The notes under the pieces are model-generated. The model was not told where the DNA came from, searched no databases, and saw nothing but the letters and a program-made list of their open reading frames with translations. Positions 9,272 to 18,729 of a DNA stretch of 64,000 nucleotides are shown here, piece after piece; within the stretch, counting starts at the first letter, position 1; each line of letters begins with the position of its first letter. Origin of the DNA: Planctomycetota bacterium (GTDB taxonomy: Bacteria; Planctomycetota; B15-G4). The translations under genes and the position numbers were made by a program. Location: positions 4,768,001 to 4,832,000 of the forward strand of contig CBDFJQ010000002.1 in the NCBI GenBank assembly GCA_965248575.1, in the 5' to 3' direction.

Positions 9272-11812
9272 TCAGGGCGTCGTCATCAACAGAGCGTTCG
9301 ACAGCGTGAGCCCGTCGGGCACCGAGAAGTCCTGGACCACGAACTGCAGGAAGATCTCGATGTCGGAGGCGATGCCGGCGGGCCAGTTGACCGAGAGCGA
9401 CGACTGGCCGCTGACGTCCGAGTTGAAGAGCAGCTGGGCGTTGGGGGGGAAGGCGTGGACCGTGCCTCCGATGGCGTCCAGCGGCGTTGAGCTGAAGGAG
9501 ATCCAGGCCAGCATGGGGGTGCTGGCCGGCACGTTGGTCAGCACCCGATCCATGGATGTGCCGGGGCTGAGGTCGCCCTTCGAGCGCAGCGCGGGGCGGC
9601 CGTTGATGCCCGGTGCCGAGCCGCCCAGGTCGTTCCACCAGTCGTTCTGGGAGATGCGTAGCACGAAGCTGGCGGCGACGAGGATGTTGCCCGAGGCATC
9701 CAACTTGATGTCCGTGGGCGCGACGAAGTTGCTGAGGGGGAAGACGCTGGCCTGGTCGGCCAGCTCCGTCACCGTCCCGTTGGAGTCAACGCGGAACACG
9801 TTGTTGCTGAGGAAACCGGCCACATAGACGGCCCCAAAAGCGTCGACAGCCACACCCGAGGGTTCGGAGAGCGTGTTGCCCAAGCCGTCGCCCGAAACCT
9901 CAAGGATCTGGCTGACCGTGCCGCCTGGCGTGATGTGGAGGACGTTGTTGCTGGCGGCCCCCGTGACGTAGACATCCCCGGCCCAGCTGGCGGCGACACC
10001 TCTCGGCAGGAGCAGCTCGGCCCCCGGCCCCGCGCCGTGGGAGTCCACGATCTCGCTGATCACGCCGCCCGGTGTGATCTTGAAGACGTTGTGTGATTCG
10101 CAGGCGACATAGAGGTTTCCGGCACCGTCCAGCGCAAGGTCCACGGGCACCTGGAGAGGGTTGCCCATGCCGTCGCCCGTGACGTCCGCGATCTGCGAGA
10201 TGACGCCACCTGCTGTGATCTTGAACACGTTGTCGCTGGAGAAGCCTGCGACATAGACGTTGTCCTCGGCGTCGACAGCGATCCCGTGCGGCCTCGCCAA
10301 CAGGTTTCCGGCGCCATCTCCGAGGCCGTCGATGATCTGGGTCACTAACCCGGAGGGTTCCGCGCGCAGCACGTTGTTGTTGTTCATGCTCGAGACGTAG
10401 ACGGACCCATCGCTCCCAGTGGCCATCTTCGTGGGCCCGAGCAGCAGGTTGCCCATGCCATCACCCACCTGGCTCATGACCTGCACGTTCATGGACTCGC
10501 TGTCGCTGCGGGTCACCCGGTTGGTGAGGGTCGAGCTGGTAAAGACCCGGTTCAGGTAATCCACAGCGATTCCGCTGGGGTTGAAAGCCACGGGCACTGA
10601 CAGCGACGAAGGATCCACGAGCAGGTCGACCGTGCCGCCCGTCCCAACCTTGAGCACCGTGTCCGATGCCACGCCGGAGAGCACGACGGATCCGTCCGCC
10701 AGGATCAGCGGGTCATGCGTCACGAGCACAATGTGACCCATGCCGTCCCCCAGCTGTCCCACCAGCTTGGTGATGGTGCCGTCGGCTGCGCGCCTCCAGA
10801 GCCAATCACTGCCCGTGTTCATGCTGTGCATCCAGTACACGTTGCCCGCGTTGTCCGTCGCGAGGCTGCGGTAGGACCCCGCAAGGCTTGAGGCTTGGGT
10901 CAGCAGGCTTCCGCCCAGTGTGTACTGCTCAAGCTTGGTCGACATGGCAAACAAGTCGAGGGTCACGATCCAGAGTGAGCCCAGCGAGTCGGCCGCGATG
11001 CGCTGGCTTGTGAAGCCGAACGTCGCGAAGATCAGGGTCACGGTGCCCATGACGTCAATGGAGAACACCTGTTGCTGATCCGAAACGAAAACCGTTCCAG
11101 CTGTGTTGACGACGATTTCCCTGGCCAAGCTGAACGACGCTTGGCCGTCCCCTGCTGGAGTCAGGATCTCCTCGAAGACACCACCCAGTCCTCGTTGGAA
11201 CACGCGGCCGGCACCAGAGATGAACAGCTCGCCGCCTGAGAAGTGAACGCCTGCCGCGCTCAGGGGCGCCGCTGGGCCCAGGCCACTGGCATCCATCTCG
11301 ACGATGATCTGTCCGAGAGGTGTGACACGGAAGACGTTGTTGCTCGCCTGACCCGCGATCCACACATCGTCGGAGCCATCCACGACGAGCGTGAACGGAT
11401 CGGCCAGGGGGTTGCCGAGCCCGTCGCCGGTGGCGTCGAGCACGACGCTCACACTTCCATCCGGCGCCCGTCGAAAGACGTTGTCCGAATTCAAACACGC
11501 CACATAGAGGTTGTCCTGGGAGTCGAGGGCCATCGCGCTGGGAGCATCGAAGGCGTGCAAGGGCAGGCCGCTCGTTCGGTCGATGACAACGCTCACCGTG
11601 CCATCCGCGGCGACCTGGTAGACGCCGTCCGATGTCGAGCTGGAAAGGTAGATGTTGCCAGCCGAGTCGACGATCGGTTCCGACGGACTGTCGAAGACCG
11701 AGGACGGGTTGGGGATGGCGGCGAGATCCTGTGCCCGGGCAGGCGACCCCAAGAGAACGAGAGAGAGCATGCTGGCGAAGCAAGCGAGCATCGTGCTGGT
11801 GCGGGTCAACAT
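9272..11812 (-). CDS. Secreted NHL/SBBP-repeat beta-propeller protein with conserved C-terminal module
   Basis: Signal peptide ending ARA-QD; repeats P-x-GIAVD-x-x-GNVYV-x-G-x-x-SNNVF; repeated GDGxGN. Confidence 0.85.
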   Translation of the reverse strand: MLTRTSTMLACFASMLSLVLLGSPARAQDLAAIPNPSSVFDSPSEPIVDSAGNIYLSSSTSDGVYQVAADGTVSVVIDRTSGLPLHAFDAPSAMALDSQDNLYVACLNSDNVFRRAPDGSVSVVLDATGDGLGNPLADPFTLVVDGSDDVWIAGQASNNVFRVTPLGQIIVEMDASGLGPAAPLSAAGVHFSGGELFISGAGRVFQRGLGGVFEEILTPAGDGQASFSLAREIVVNTAGTVFVSDQQQVFSIDVMGTVTLIFATFGFTSQRIAADSLGSLWIVTLDLFAMSTKLEQYTLGGSLLTQASSLAGSYRSLATDNAGNVYWMHSMNTGSDWLWRRAADGTITKLVGQLGDGMGHIVLVTHDPLILADGSVVLSGVASDTVLKVGTGGTVDLLVDPSSLSVPVAFNPSGIAVDYLNRVFTSSTLTNRVTRSDSESMNVQVMSQVGDGMGNLLLGPTKMATGSDGSVYVSSMNNNNVLRAEPSGLVTQIIDGLGDGAGNLLARPHGIAVDAEDNVYVAGFSSDNVFKITAGGVISQIADVTGDGMGNPLQVPVDLALDGAGNLYVACESHNVFKITPGGVISEIVDSHGAGPGAELLLPRGVAASWAGDVYVTGAASNNVLHITPGGTVSQILEVSGDGLGNTLSEPSGVAVDAFGAVYVAGFLSNNVFRVDSNGTVTELADQASVFPLSNFVAPTDIKLDASGNILVAASFVLRISQNDWWNDLGGSAPGINGRPALRSKGDLSPGTSMDRVLTNVPASTPMLAWISFSSTPLDAIGGTVHAFPPNAQLLFNSDVSGQSSLSVNWPAGIASDIEIFLQFVVQDFSVPDGLTLSNALLMTTP

Positions 11813-12118
11813 GGCGGAGACGGCTCCTGTCTTGTCGTGGGCAAGGAAAAGACGGTGCGCCCAGAGTCGTGCGAAGAGCAGAGGTCGAGCCCGTGCGCCC
11901 CACATGACGTGGGTGATGCTTGTGGCGGGCCCCCGAAACACAGGCCCGCCCGATCCCGAGTCACTCAAGATAGCGAGTCCCTCAAGGTAGGTATCACAAG
12001 CCCTGCCGGGGCCCCTCTGGCGCCAGCACGGGCGCCCCCAGCACCGGGCTCCCAGGCACCCAAGGAAGACCGTGATAGCCTTCAAGCGTCGGTTTTCGGC
12101 TCTCGTTGGGTGTGTGTC

Positions 12119-13465
12119 GTGTTTCTTCAACTGCTCCTGCTGCCTCTTGCACTGCTCCTGCAGGAGGGAACCCCTGGGCCCCCGGCCGACAACGTCCTGG
12201 TGATCGTGGCCGACGATATGGGTGTCGAGCGCACTCCAGCTTACGGCTTGAGCGTGGTCAACAACGGCCCCGCGCCCTGGATCTCGGCCTTGGCGGGGCA
12301 CGGTGTTCTCTTCCGCAAGGCCTATTCGGAGCCGTCCTGCAGCCCGACCCGGTCGGCCATCCTCACGGGCAAGCACCCCTTCCGGACGGGCATCGGGCGA
12401 GGGGTCGGGTTCTACAGCGGCAGCGGCCTGGTGGAAGGTGACCCAGCGGAGGTCACCCTGGCCGACACCCTTGGGGCGACGCATCGGACGGCGGCTATCG
12501 GCAAGTGGCACTTGAGCATCCGCGAGAACTTGGGCGGTACGGAATACCAACACCCCGTCCTGTACGGCTTCGACCTGCACCGCGGCCCCATAGCCAACTT
12601 GGCTCCCAACGACCCTAATGGCTACGTCAACTACGTGCAGAACATCGCCGACGCCAACGGCAACACACAGGTGCAGGTGACAGGGAGCTATGCCACAAGC
12701 GACCAGGTGGACGACGCGCTGCAGGTCATCGACGAGGCAGGCAGCGAACCGTGGTTCGTGTGGCTCGCCTTCAACGCGCCGCACACGCCCTTTCATGTGC
12801 CGCCGTCGGAATTAACGACGCTGGGTGTGACCGGGCTGAGCACTGACTCGCGCAAGCACCGCGCCGCCATCGAAGCCATGGACACGGAGATCGGGCGCTT
12901 GTTGATGAGCATCCGGCCCGCCGTCCTGGCGCGCACCTGGATCGTCTTCGTGGGGGACAACGGTTCCCCGGGCTCCACCTTGCCGGGCATCACAGAGGCC
13001 AAGGGTACGGCGAACGAGTTCGGCATCCACGTACCGTTGCTCGTTGTCGGCCCCGGAGTCGTGGCTCCCGGCCGCGAGGTGGACTCCCCAGTGGGCGTCA
13101 CCGATCTCTACGCGAGCATCTGCGACATGGCCGGGGTGCGCACGCCACCCGAGGCGGTCGACAGCATCTCGTTCATGAACCTGTTACGAGACCCGGCGGG
13201 TATCGCCCGTCGGCAGCATGTGTTTTCCGAGGGCTTCAACCCCAATGGGGCGCCGCCCTATCTCACCCACGACCGGGCCGTGCGCGACCAGCGCTACAAA
13301 CTGAGGCAGAAGCTGCCCCAGGGCAGCGCGCCCAGCCCTCTCAGTTTCTTCCACCTCGCGACGGATCCCTTCCAGAACGTCGACCTCTTGCCGCAACTGG
13401 GCTCGGCCCAGCAAGCGGTCTTTGAAGCGCTGGCTGGGAAACTCGAACAGTTGAAGGACCGATGA
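12119..13465 (+). CDS. Secreted sulfatase (formylglycine type), paralog of 1712..3028
   Basis: NVLVIVADD, CSPTR, GKWHL, NAPH, GDNG; GTG start approximate. Confidence 0.88.
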   Translation: MFLQLLLLPLALLLQEGTPGPPADNVLVIVADDMGVERTPAYGLSVVNNGPAPWISALAGHGVLFRKAYSEPSCSPTRSAILTGKHPFRTGIGRGVGFYSGSGLVEGDPAEVTLADTLGATHRTAAIGKWHLSIRENLGGTEYQHPVLYGFDLHRGPIANLAPNDPNGYVNYVQNIADANGNTQVQVTGSYATSDQVDDALQVIDEAGSEPWFVWLAFNAPHTPFHVPPSELTTLGVTGLSTDSRKHRAAIEAMDTEIGRLLMSIRPAVLARTWIVFVGDNGSPGSTLPGITEAKGTANEFGIHVPLLVVGPGVVAPGREVDSPVGVTDLYASICDMAGVRTPPEAVDSISFMNLLRDPAGIARRQHVFSEGFNPNGAPPYLTHDRAVRDQRYKLRQKLPQGSAPSPLSFFHLATDPFQNVDLLPQLGSAQQAVFEALAGKLEQLKDR

Positions 13466-15393
13466 TGACTGCTGCCCGTGCACGATTGCTGCCCACCTTC
13501 GCTGTTGCGCTCTGCCTCGCCACCCAGCTTTCTGCGGCTCGAGCGCAGGATGCGGCCGAGCCCCGGCCCCGCAGCGTGCTCTTCTACGTGATGGACACCT
13601 GTCGTCAGGACCGCTTGAGTTCCCATGGCTACGGGCGCGAGACCACGCCTTTCCTTGAGTGGCTGGCCGAGCGCTCGGTGGTCTTCGAGAACTGCTCAAG
13701 CCAGGCGCCATGGACCAAGCCCTCCATGGCGTCCATGCTCAGCTCTCAGTACCCGTCCGCCACGGGTGTGTTCCGCATGGATCAGCAGCTCCCGGACCGC
13801 TTCGTCACCTGGCCGGAGGTCCTGCAGGCCCATGGGCTCCAGACCGTCGGCTTCTCCGCCAACATCGTGATGGGCAGCGCCCTCTCCAACTTCACCCAGG
13901 GGTTCCACCACTTCGTCGAGTCCACGGAAGTGAACGGTGGCGACCCCATCCGCTTCGCGAGCGGCTCCGCGAAGAAGCTCAATCAGCACGTCTTCCGCTG
14001 GTTGGACGGAAGCCCCCAGTGGCCCATGTTGCTGTACGTGCATTCGGTGGATCCGCACGAAGAGTACGAGCCCGAGGCGCAGTACCTCGAGCGCTTCGCC
14101 GACCCGGACCGGCACGGCCAGTTCCGGGAGGACTGGGCAACGCTGCTCGAGAGCCGACCGCCGATCCCGGGCCTCTACGTGACGCAGGACAACTTCGAGC
14201 AGACGCAGGTGGACGCCGCGTCCTTCGTGGAGCACGCAAGCAACCTGTACGACGCGGACATCCTCGCCAACGACGACCAGCTGCAGCGGCTGTGGGACAA
14301 GCTGCAGACGGAGGGCTGGGGCGAAGACTTCGTCTTCGTGTTCACTTCGGACCACGGGGAGGAGTTCTTCGACCACGGCGCCACCAGCCATGGCTACAGC
14401 TTGTACGACGAGATGATCAGGGTTCCGCTGATGATCTACGCACCCGGGCTGCTCCCGGCGGGAAGGCGCGTGAAGACGCCGGTGCGTTCGCTCGACATCT
14501 ACCCGACGCTCTGCGAGTTGATGGGCGTGCAGCCGCCGGAGGGCTTGCAAGGGCGCAGCCTCCTGCCGCTGGTTCGTGGTGAGGGCACCGACGCTGCGGA
14601 CGTCCCCGACGTCATCTCCGAGCACCGCGAGGACCCGATCCTGCGCCGCATTGGGCATGGTTCGGGAGACATGGTGAGCATCCGGCGCGGGCGCTGGAAG
14701 TTCATCTCGAACGCCCTCGGCCCGCAGCTGCTGCCCAGGCCGCGCTTCGAGCTCTTTGACCTGGAGGCGGACCCGGGTGAACGGACCAACCTCGCAGACA
14801 AGCACCCGGAGCTGGTGCACGAACTGGAGGCGGAGGCGGTGGCCTTCGTGCAGAGCCAACGTGCCGAACTTGTTCCGGAGACCGGTGTGGAGCTGGACCC
14901 GGAGGTGCTGGAGCAGCTGAGAGAGCTGGGGTACATCGGCGAGGCCGAGCCTGTCGCGAACATCTGGGACGCTCTCAGGTCCGAGGACCTCGACACGATC
15001 CTGCGCAGCCTTGAGTCCGGGGCGGATCCGAACCAGCTGGAGGAGGTGGTGGGGATCAGCCCGCTGTCGATCACGGCCATGGTTGGCAATGTGCAGCTGG
15101 CCAGGATCTTGGTGAAGGCAGGAGCGAGGGTCGATGGCGCCAACACCGATGGTTCCTCAGCTCTGCACGGAGCCGCCTTCCTTGGCCGCGTGGACATGCT
15201 GCAGTTCTTGCTGGAGCAAGGCGCTGACCGATCACTCAAGAACGCTCTCGGGGACACGGCTCTCAGTGCCGCGGCCACACCCTGGAACATCACCGAGTTC
15301 ATCGCGGGGATGTTGGAGCTCCCCGTGGAACGCGAGGCGGTGGAGGCGGGCCGGGCGGAGTGCGTGGCGATCCTTGAAGCGGAAGCGCTCTAG
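13462..15393 (+). CDS. Sulfatase-like hydrolase fused to C-terminal ankyrin repeats
   Basis: YVMDTCRQD, APWTKPS, TSDHGEEF, HGYSLY; ankyrin motifs GSSALHGAA and GDTALSAA; ATGA coupling to the upstream gene. Confidence 0.85.
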   Translation: MMTAARARLLPTFAVALCLATQLSAARAQDAAEPRPRSVLFYVMDTCRQDRLSSHGYGRETTPFLEWLAERSVVFENCSSQAPWTKPSMASMLSSQYPSATGVFRMDQQLPDRFVTWPEVLQAHGLQTVGFSANIVMGSALSNFTQGFHHFVESTEVNGGDPIRFASGSAKKLNQHVFRWLDGSPQWPMLLYVHSVDPHEEYEPEAQYLERFADPDRHGQFREDWATLLESRPPIPGLYVTQDNFEQTQVDAASFVEHASNLYDADILANDDQLQRLWDKLQTEGWGEDFVFVFTSDHGEEFFDHGATSHGYSLYDEMIRVPLMIYAPGLLPAGRRVKTPVRSLDIYPTLCELMGVQPPEGLQGRSLLPLVRGEGTDAADVPDVISEHREDPILRRIGHGSGDMVSIRRGRWKFISNALGPQLLPRPRFELFDLEADPGERTNLADKHPELVHELEAEAVAFVQSQRAELVPETGVELDPEVLEQLRELGYIGEAEPVANIWDALRSEDLDTILRSLESGADPNQLEEVVGISPLSITAMVGNVQLARILVKAGARVDGANTDGSSALHGAAFLGRVDMLQFLLEQGADRSLKNALGDTALSAAATPWNITEFIAGMLELPVEREAVEAGRAECVAILEAEAL

Positions 15394-15415
15394 GGCGGGC
15401 ACGACAGGACCCGCC

Positions 15416-16924
15416 TCAGGGCAGGACCTTCTGTTCCTGCAGCCACTTCTTCAGGACCGGCTCCAAGGGCACTTGGCGCCCCCGGCTGTCCGTGAAGTTG
15501 TGGTTGGCGTCCTCCAGCACGCTTGTCGTGTGTTGCGTGTGGCCTTCGCGCTCCAGCTTGCCCATCTCCTGCAGGCAGGCGCGGGTGGGGATCACGTCGT
15601 CGCGGGAGCCGAAGATCCACAGGGTCGGGGTGGGGAGGCGGCGCAACAGCTTGCGCGGGTCGTATCCCCTCTTTCCGTCGAACCGTTCCACGGCGTCGTC
15701 GGCCTCGTCCAGACTGCGCCCTGCCTGCAAGGCCTGCGCATGGCACTCCTCTTCACCAGCGGAAACCGGCGGGCCGCAGGCGCTGATGATGAAGCGCACG
15801 TCCTCCGTCTGATCGGCTACCAGAGGCATGACCCAGCCCGCCTGGCTGCCGCCGATGAGTCCCACTCGCGCGGCGTCGATCTGGCCTTGCTTCAGCAGCC
15901 AGGCGTGCGCAGCGGCGGCGTCGCCGGCCAACTGGTCGAACACCTTTTCGCTCCCGTCGACGCTGAAAGGCGGAAAGGCGCCAGTGGATTCACCGCAGCC
16001 ACGCTTGTCGTAAGCCAGCACCGCCAGGCCCAGCCGCAGGCAGATGCTTGTGTAGTAGTGCCACTGCATGCGCCGTGTGGTGGGGGCCGAACCATGCAAT
16101 TGGACCACTGCGGGGTAGGGCGGGGAGAAGCCGGGCGGGAGGTAGAGCGTGGCAGCCAGGCTCACGTCGCCGGACTTGATCAGCACGTCCTGGTGTTCGA
16201 CAGTCTCGCCGCTGCTCAGCTGCCAGGAGGCCTGCGTCGACCGGGGCGCATGGCGAGGCTGCTGAGTGGCATCCGGTTGCGCCGACAGGCTCATGTCGCC
16301 GTGCTGCCAGGCCGCGTCCGTGACTTCCCCTGAGCTGCCCAGTTCAAACGTCAGCCGTCCCTCGACCGGGAGCGGTTGCTCAGGCGCAGGTCCCCAGCTG
16401 AAGTCGGTGCTCGTGCGCGGGAAGAGGATGCGCACGAAGCCGGGCTCGGGGCCGAACAGAGCCAGGACCTCGTCGGACTCCCGCGGGTAGGTGGCGACCT
16501 CGAAGCTGGCGCCATCCTCCAGCCGATACACGCCGACCAGGCGTTGCTGCTGTAGGTCGCTCAATTCTTGAACGCGCACGAGGTCGAAGCTGGTGCGACC
16601 GCCCACGAGCTGTCCCTCGATGTGTCCACGCAGGGTGTCGTCAGCGAGGGTGGTGTCGGCTTCGCCGCTCAGCTCCCCGAACTGGATCTTCCAGCTCAGC
16701 GCGTCCCCTCGACGGGATACCTCGGCCGGAAAGCGAAAGCCTCGTTCGGGGAGTTCCAGGCCGACAGTCGGTTCCGTGCCTTCGCCCTCGATGCGGACGA
16801 TGAGCGAGACGAACTCATCCGGCAACGCGAAGCCTCCGGCCCAGGTTCCTTCCAGCCGGTCGTCGGGCGCCGTGGTGGCAGGACTGAGCAGCGGGAGCAG
16901 GGTCAGCAGCAAGCAGGACAGCAT
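15416..16924 (-). CDS. Secreted alpha/beta hydrolase (S9/S15-like)
   Basis: Signal peptide; HGS, YDKRGCGESTG, GGSQAG nucleophile, D (RDD) and H (ANH). Confidence 0.85.
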   Translation of the reverse strand: MLSCLLLTLLPLLSPATTAPDDRLEGTWAGGFALPDEFVSLIVRIEGEGTEPTVGLELPERGFRFPAEVSRRGDALSWKIQFGELSGEADTTLADDTLRGHIEGQLVGGRTSFDLVRVQELSDLQQQRLVGVYRLEDGASFEVATYPRESDEVLALFGPEPGFVRILFPRTSTDFSWGPAPEQPLPVEGRLTFELGSSGEVTDAAWQHGDMSLSAQPDATQQPRHAPRSTQASWQLSSGETVEHQDVLIKSGDVSLAATLYLPPGFSPPYPAVVQLHGSAPTTRRMQWHYYTSICLRLGLAVLAYDKRGCGESTGAFPPFSVDGSEKVFDQLAGDAAAAHAWLLKQGQIDAARVGLIGGSQAGWVMPLVADQTEDVRFIISACGPPVSAGEEECHAQALQAGRSLDEADDAVERFDGKRGYDPRKLLRRLPTPTLWIFGSRDDVIPTRACLQEMGKLEREGHTQHTTSVLEDANHNFTDSRGRQVPLEPVLKKWLQEQKVLP

Positions 16925-16999
16925 GGGGCACCTCCATGGATGGGGGCGCTAGTTTGAGGGGGAGTCCGGTGCGCCGATAGAACGCACCGAAGGGTGGCG

Positions 17000-17827
17000 T
17001 CAGTTCCGCCAGCTTGAGCGCGCGCGCCACTCCCCGGGCGAGAGACCCGTGGCGCGCCGGAACACGCGCCCGAAGTGGCTCTGGTCGCTGAATCCCAGGG
17101 AGGTTGCGATGTCCACCAGGCTGCGTCGGCCTTCGGCGAGGGCCGTCATGGCGGCATGCACACGCAGCTGCCGACGGTACTCGCCCACGGAGCAGCCGAA
17201 GCACTCCCGGAAGCGCTTGGCGAGGTAGACGGGGTGCACGTCCACGGCCTGGGCCAACTCGTCAAGGGATGGGTTGTGGGCGACGTTGTCCTGGAGCAGC
17301 TCCCGCACGCGCCGGTGCCAGGGCAGCATGCGCACGCGCTGCGACCGCCGGTGGGTCATGGAGAACTCGATCAGCAGGTTGATGCTCCATTCGCGCCCGC
17401 TGCCCAGGGACTCCAGCTGCGTGCCGCCCGCCAGGTCGAGATTGGCGCGGCGCCCCAGGTGGTGCAGTCGCAGGTCGCGCACCATGGTCGGCTCGGCGCA
17501 AGGGCCGCAGCTGTCCTCAAAGGCCTCCCAGATGTCGTCGTCCAGCTCCACGTTCAAGCAAAGCAGGTTTTGCGGGCCGAAGGTGTCGTCGTGCTCGATG
17601 CCCGGGGGCTTCAGCAGCAGGTCGGTGGGCTCGCAGTGCGCCTCGCCGCCGTCCCAGCGTTCGGTGTACGCGCCAGCCAAGGCGATGCACACATTGGCCT
17701 TGGGGTGTACGTGGCGGGGCGTCGTCCACCCTGCGGGGTACTCCGCCCGATTCAGCCGCGTCCCCTGCACGCTGCCCTCGTGATGGCGATGGCCCAGCTG
17801 GCCGCAGGGTAGGTGAGGTGTGGTCAT
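17000..17827 (-). CDS. AraC family transcriptional regulator
   Basis: Cupin-like PRHVH; VHPVYLAKRFR; LGFSDQSHFGRVFRRATGLSPGEWR. Confidence 0.93.
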   Translation of the reverse strand: MTTPHLPCGQLGHRHHEGSVQGTRLNRAEYPAGWTTPRHVHPKANVCIALAGAYTERWDGGEAHCEPTDLLLKPPGIEHDDTFGPQNLLCLNVELDDDIWEAFEDSCGPCAEPTMVRDLRLHHLGRRANLDLAGGTQLESLGSGREWSINLLIEFSMTHRRSQRVRMLPWHRRVRELLQDNVAHNPSLDELAQAVDVHPVYLAKRFRECFGCSVGEYRRQLRVHAAMTALAEGRRSLVDIATSLGFSDQSHFGRVFRRATGLSPGEWRARSSWRN

Positions 17828-17957
17828 GGGCTGTGTCGCGCCGGGAAGGAATCCGCCCAGGCGAGGGTTCGTGGTGGCGGGCGGGGTCGAGTGGTCCACC
17901 ATCCTTGCCCGTGGAATCTCACGCACAAGGGACGATTCTGCGGCTGCCAGATAGGGC

Positions 17958-17987
17958 TTGACAGATATTTAGCATGTAGGCTAAATT
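17958..17987 (+). promoter_or_regulatory. Sigma70-like promoter overlapped by a palindromic operator
   Basis: TTGACA (17958-63), 18 nt, TAAATT (17982-87); inverted repeat ATTTAGC-N6-GCTAAAT (17967-86) upstream of an operon containing an ArsR gene. Confidence 0.75.
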
Positions 17988-17993
17988 TCGGTC

Positions 17994-18329
17994 ATGAGCC
18001 CAACCCAACCAAAAACAGTGATCTGCAGCTACCAGGTGAAGCCCGGCCAGGAAGCTGAGTTCGAGAAGCTCCTCTCCGTGCATTGGAAGGCCTTGCATGG
18101 CGCGGGGCTGACCACCGACGCGCCGCCTCAAATCTTCCGAGGGCGGGCTTCCGAAAAGCCCGGGGGCGATCACGGCGCCACGGGACGCTACATCGAGATC
18201 TTCCAGTGGATCGACGGGGCCGCGCCCGGCGTCGCACACCAAACCCCCGAGATCATGGCGGTCTGGGAGCCCATGGGGGCGATGTGCAGCGCCATGGACT
18301 TCCCGCACTTCGACAGCATCAAGCCCTAG
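17994..18329 (+). CDS. Small hypothetical protein, possible dimeric alpha/beta barrel (ABM-like)
   Basis: YQVKPGQEAEFE N-terminus and YIEIFQW pattern. Confidence 0.75.
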   Translation: MSPTQPKTVICSYQVKPGQEAEFEKLLSVHWKALHGAGLTTDAPPQIFRGRASEKPGGDHGATGRYIEIFQWIDGAAPGVAHQTPEIMAVWEPMGAMCSAMDFPHFDSIKP

Positions 18330-18335
18330 GTCCGG

Positions 18336-18641
18336 GTGAGTGCTGCACGCTCAACGTCAGCGGCACGACGCCTAGCGGATGTGGAGGCGGTCTTCGCTGC
18401 TCTCGCGCACCCGTCCCGCCGGCAGATCCTGTTCGTGCTCCACTATCGAGGGGGCGAGATGATGGCGGGGGACATCGCGGAACGCTTCGCCTGCTCCTGG
18501 CCCACCACCACGCGCCACCTCGGTGTGCTGCGGGACTCGGGGCTGATTGAGGTGGAGCGGGAGGGGCGTCACCGCCTCTATCGGCTTCGCGGCGATTTCT
18601 TGACGACCATTCTGGGGGAGTGGCTGGGCCACTTCGAGTGA
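18336..18641 (+). CDS. ArsR/SmtB family transcriptional regulator
   Basis: VFAALAHPSRRQIL, TTRHLGVLRDSGLI, REGRHRLYRL. Confidence 0.92.
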   Translation: MSAARSTSAARRLADVEAVFAALAHPSRRQILFVLHYRGGEMMAGDIAERFACSWPTTTRHLGVLRDSGLIEVEREGRHRLYRLRGDFLTTILGEWLGHFE

Positions 18642-18729
18642 GGCACTCTGGGCCGGAAGCGAGGGCCACGGAAGAGTGAATTCGATTGCACCCTGGGCGG
18701 CACAGGAGCGCTCAGCTGGAGTCCGTGGG

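Noticed and set aside
11243..12796. Long overlapping N-terminal extensions of the NHL gene and the sulfatase in the ORF track
   Set aside because: Each extension is the antisense shadow of the other gene; signal peptides place the starts near 11812 and 12119
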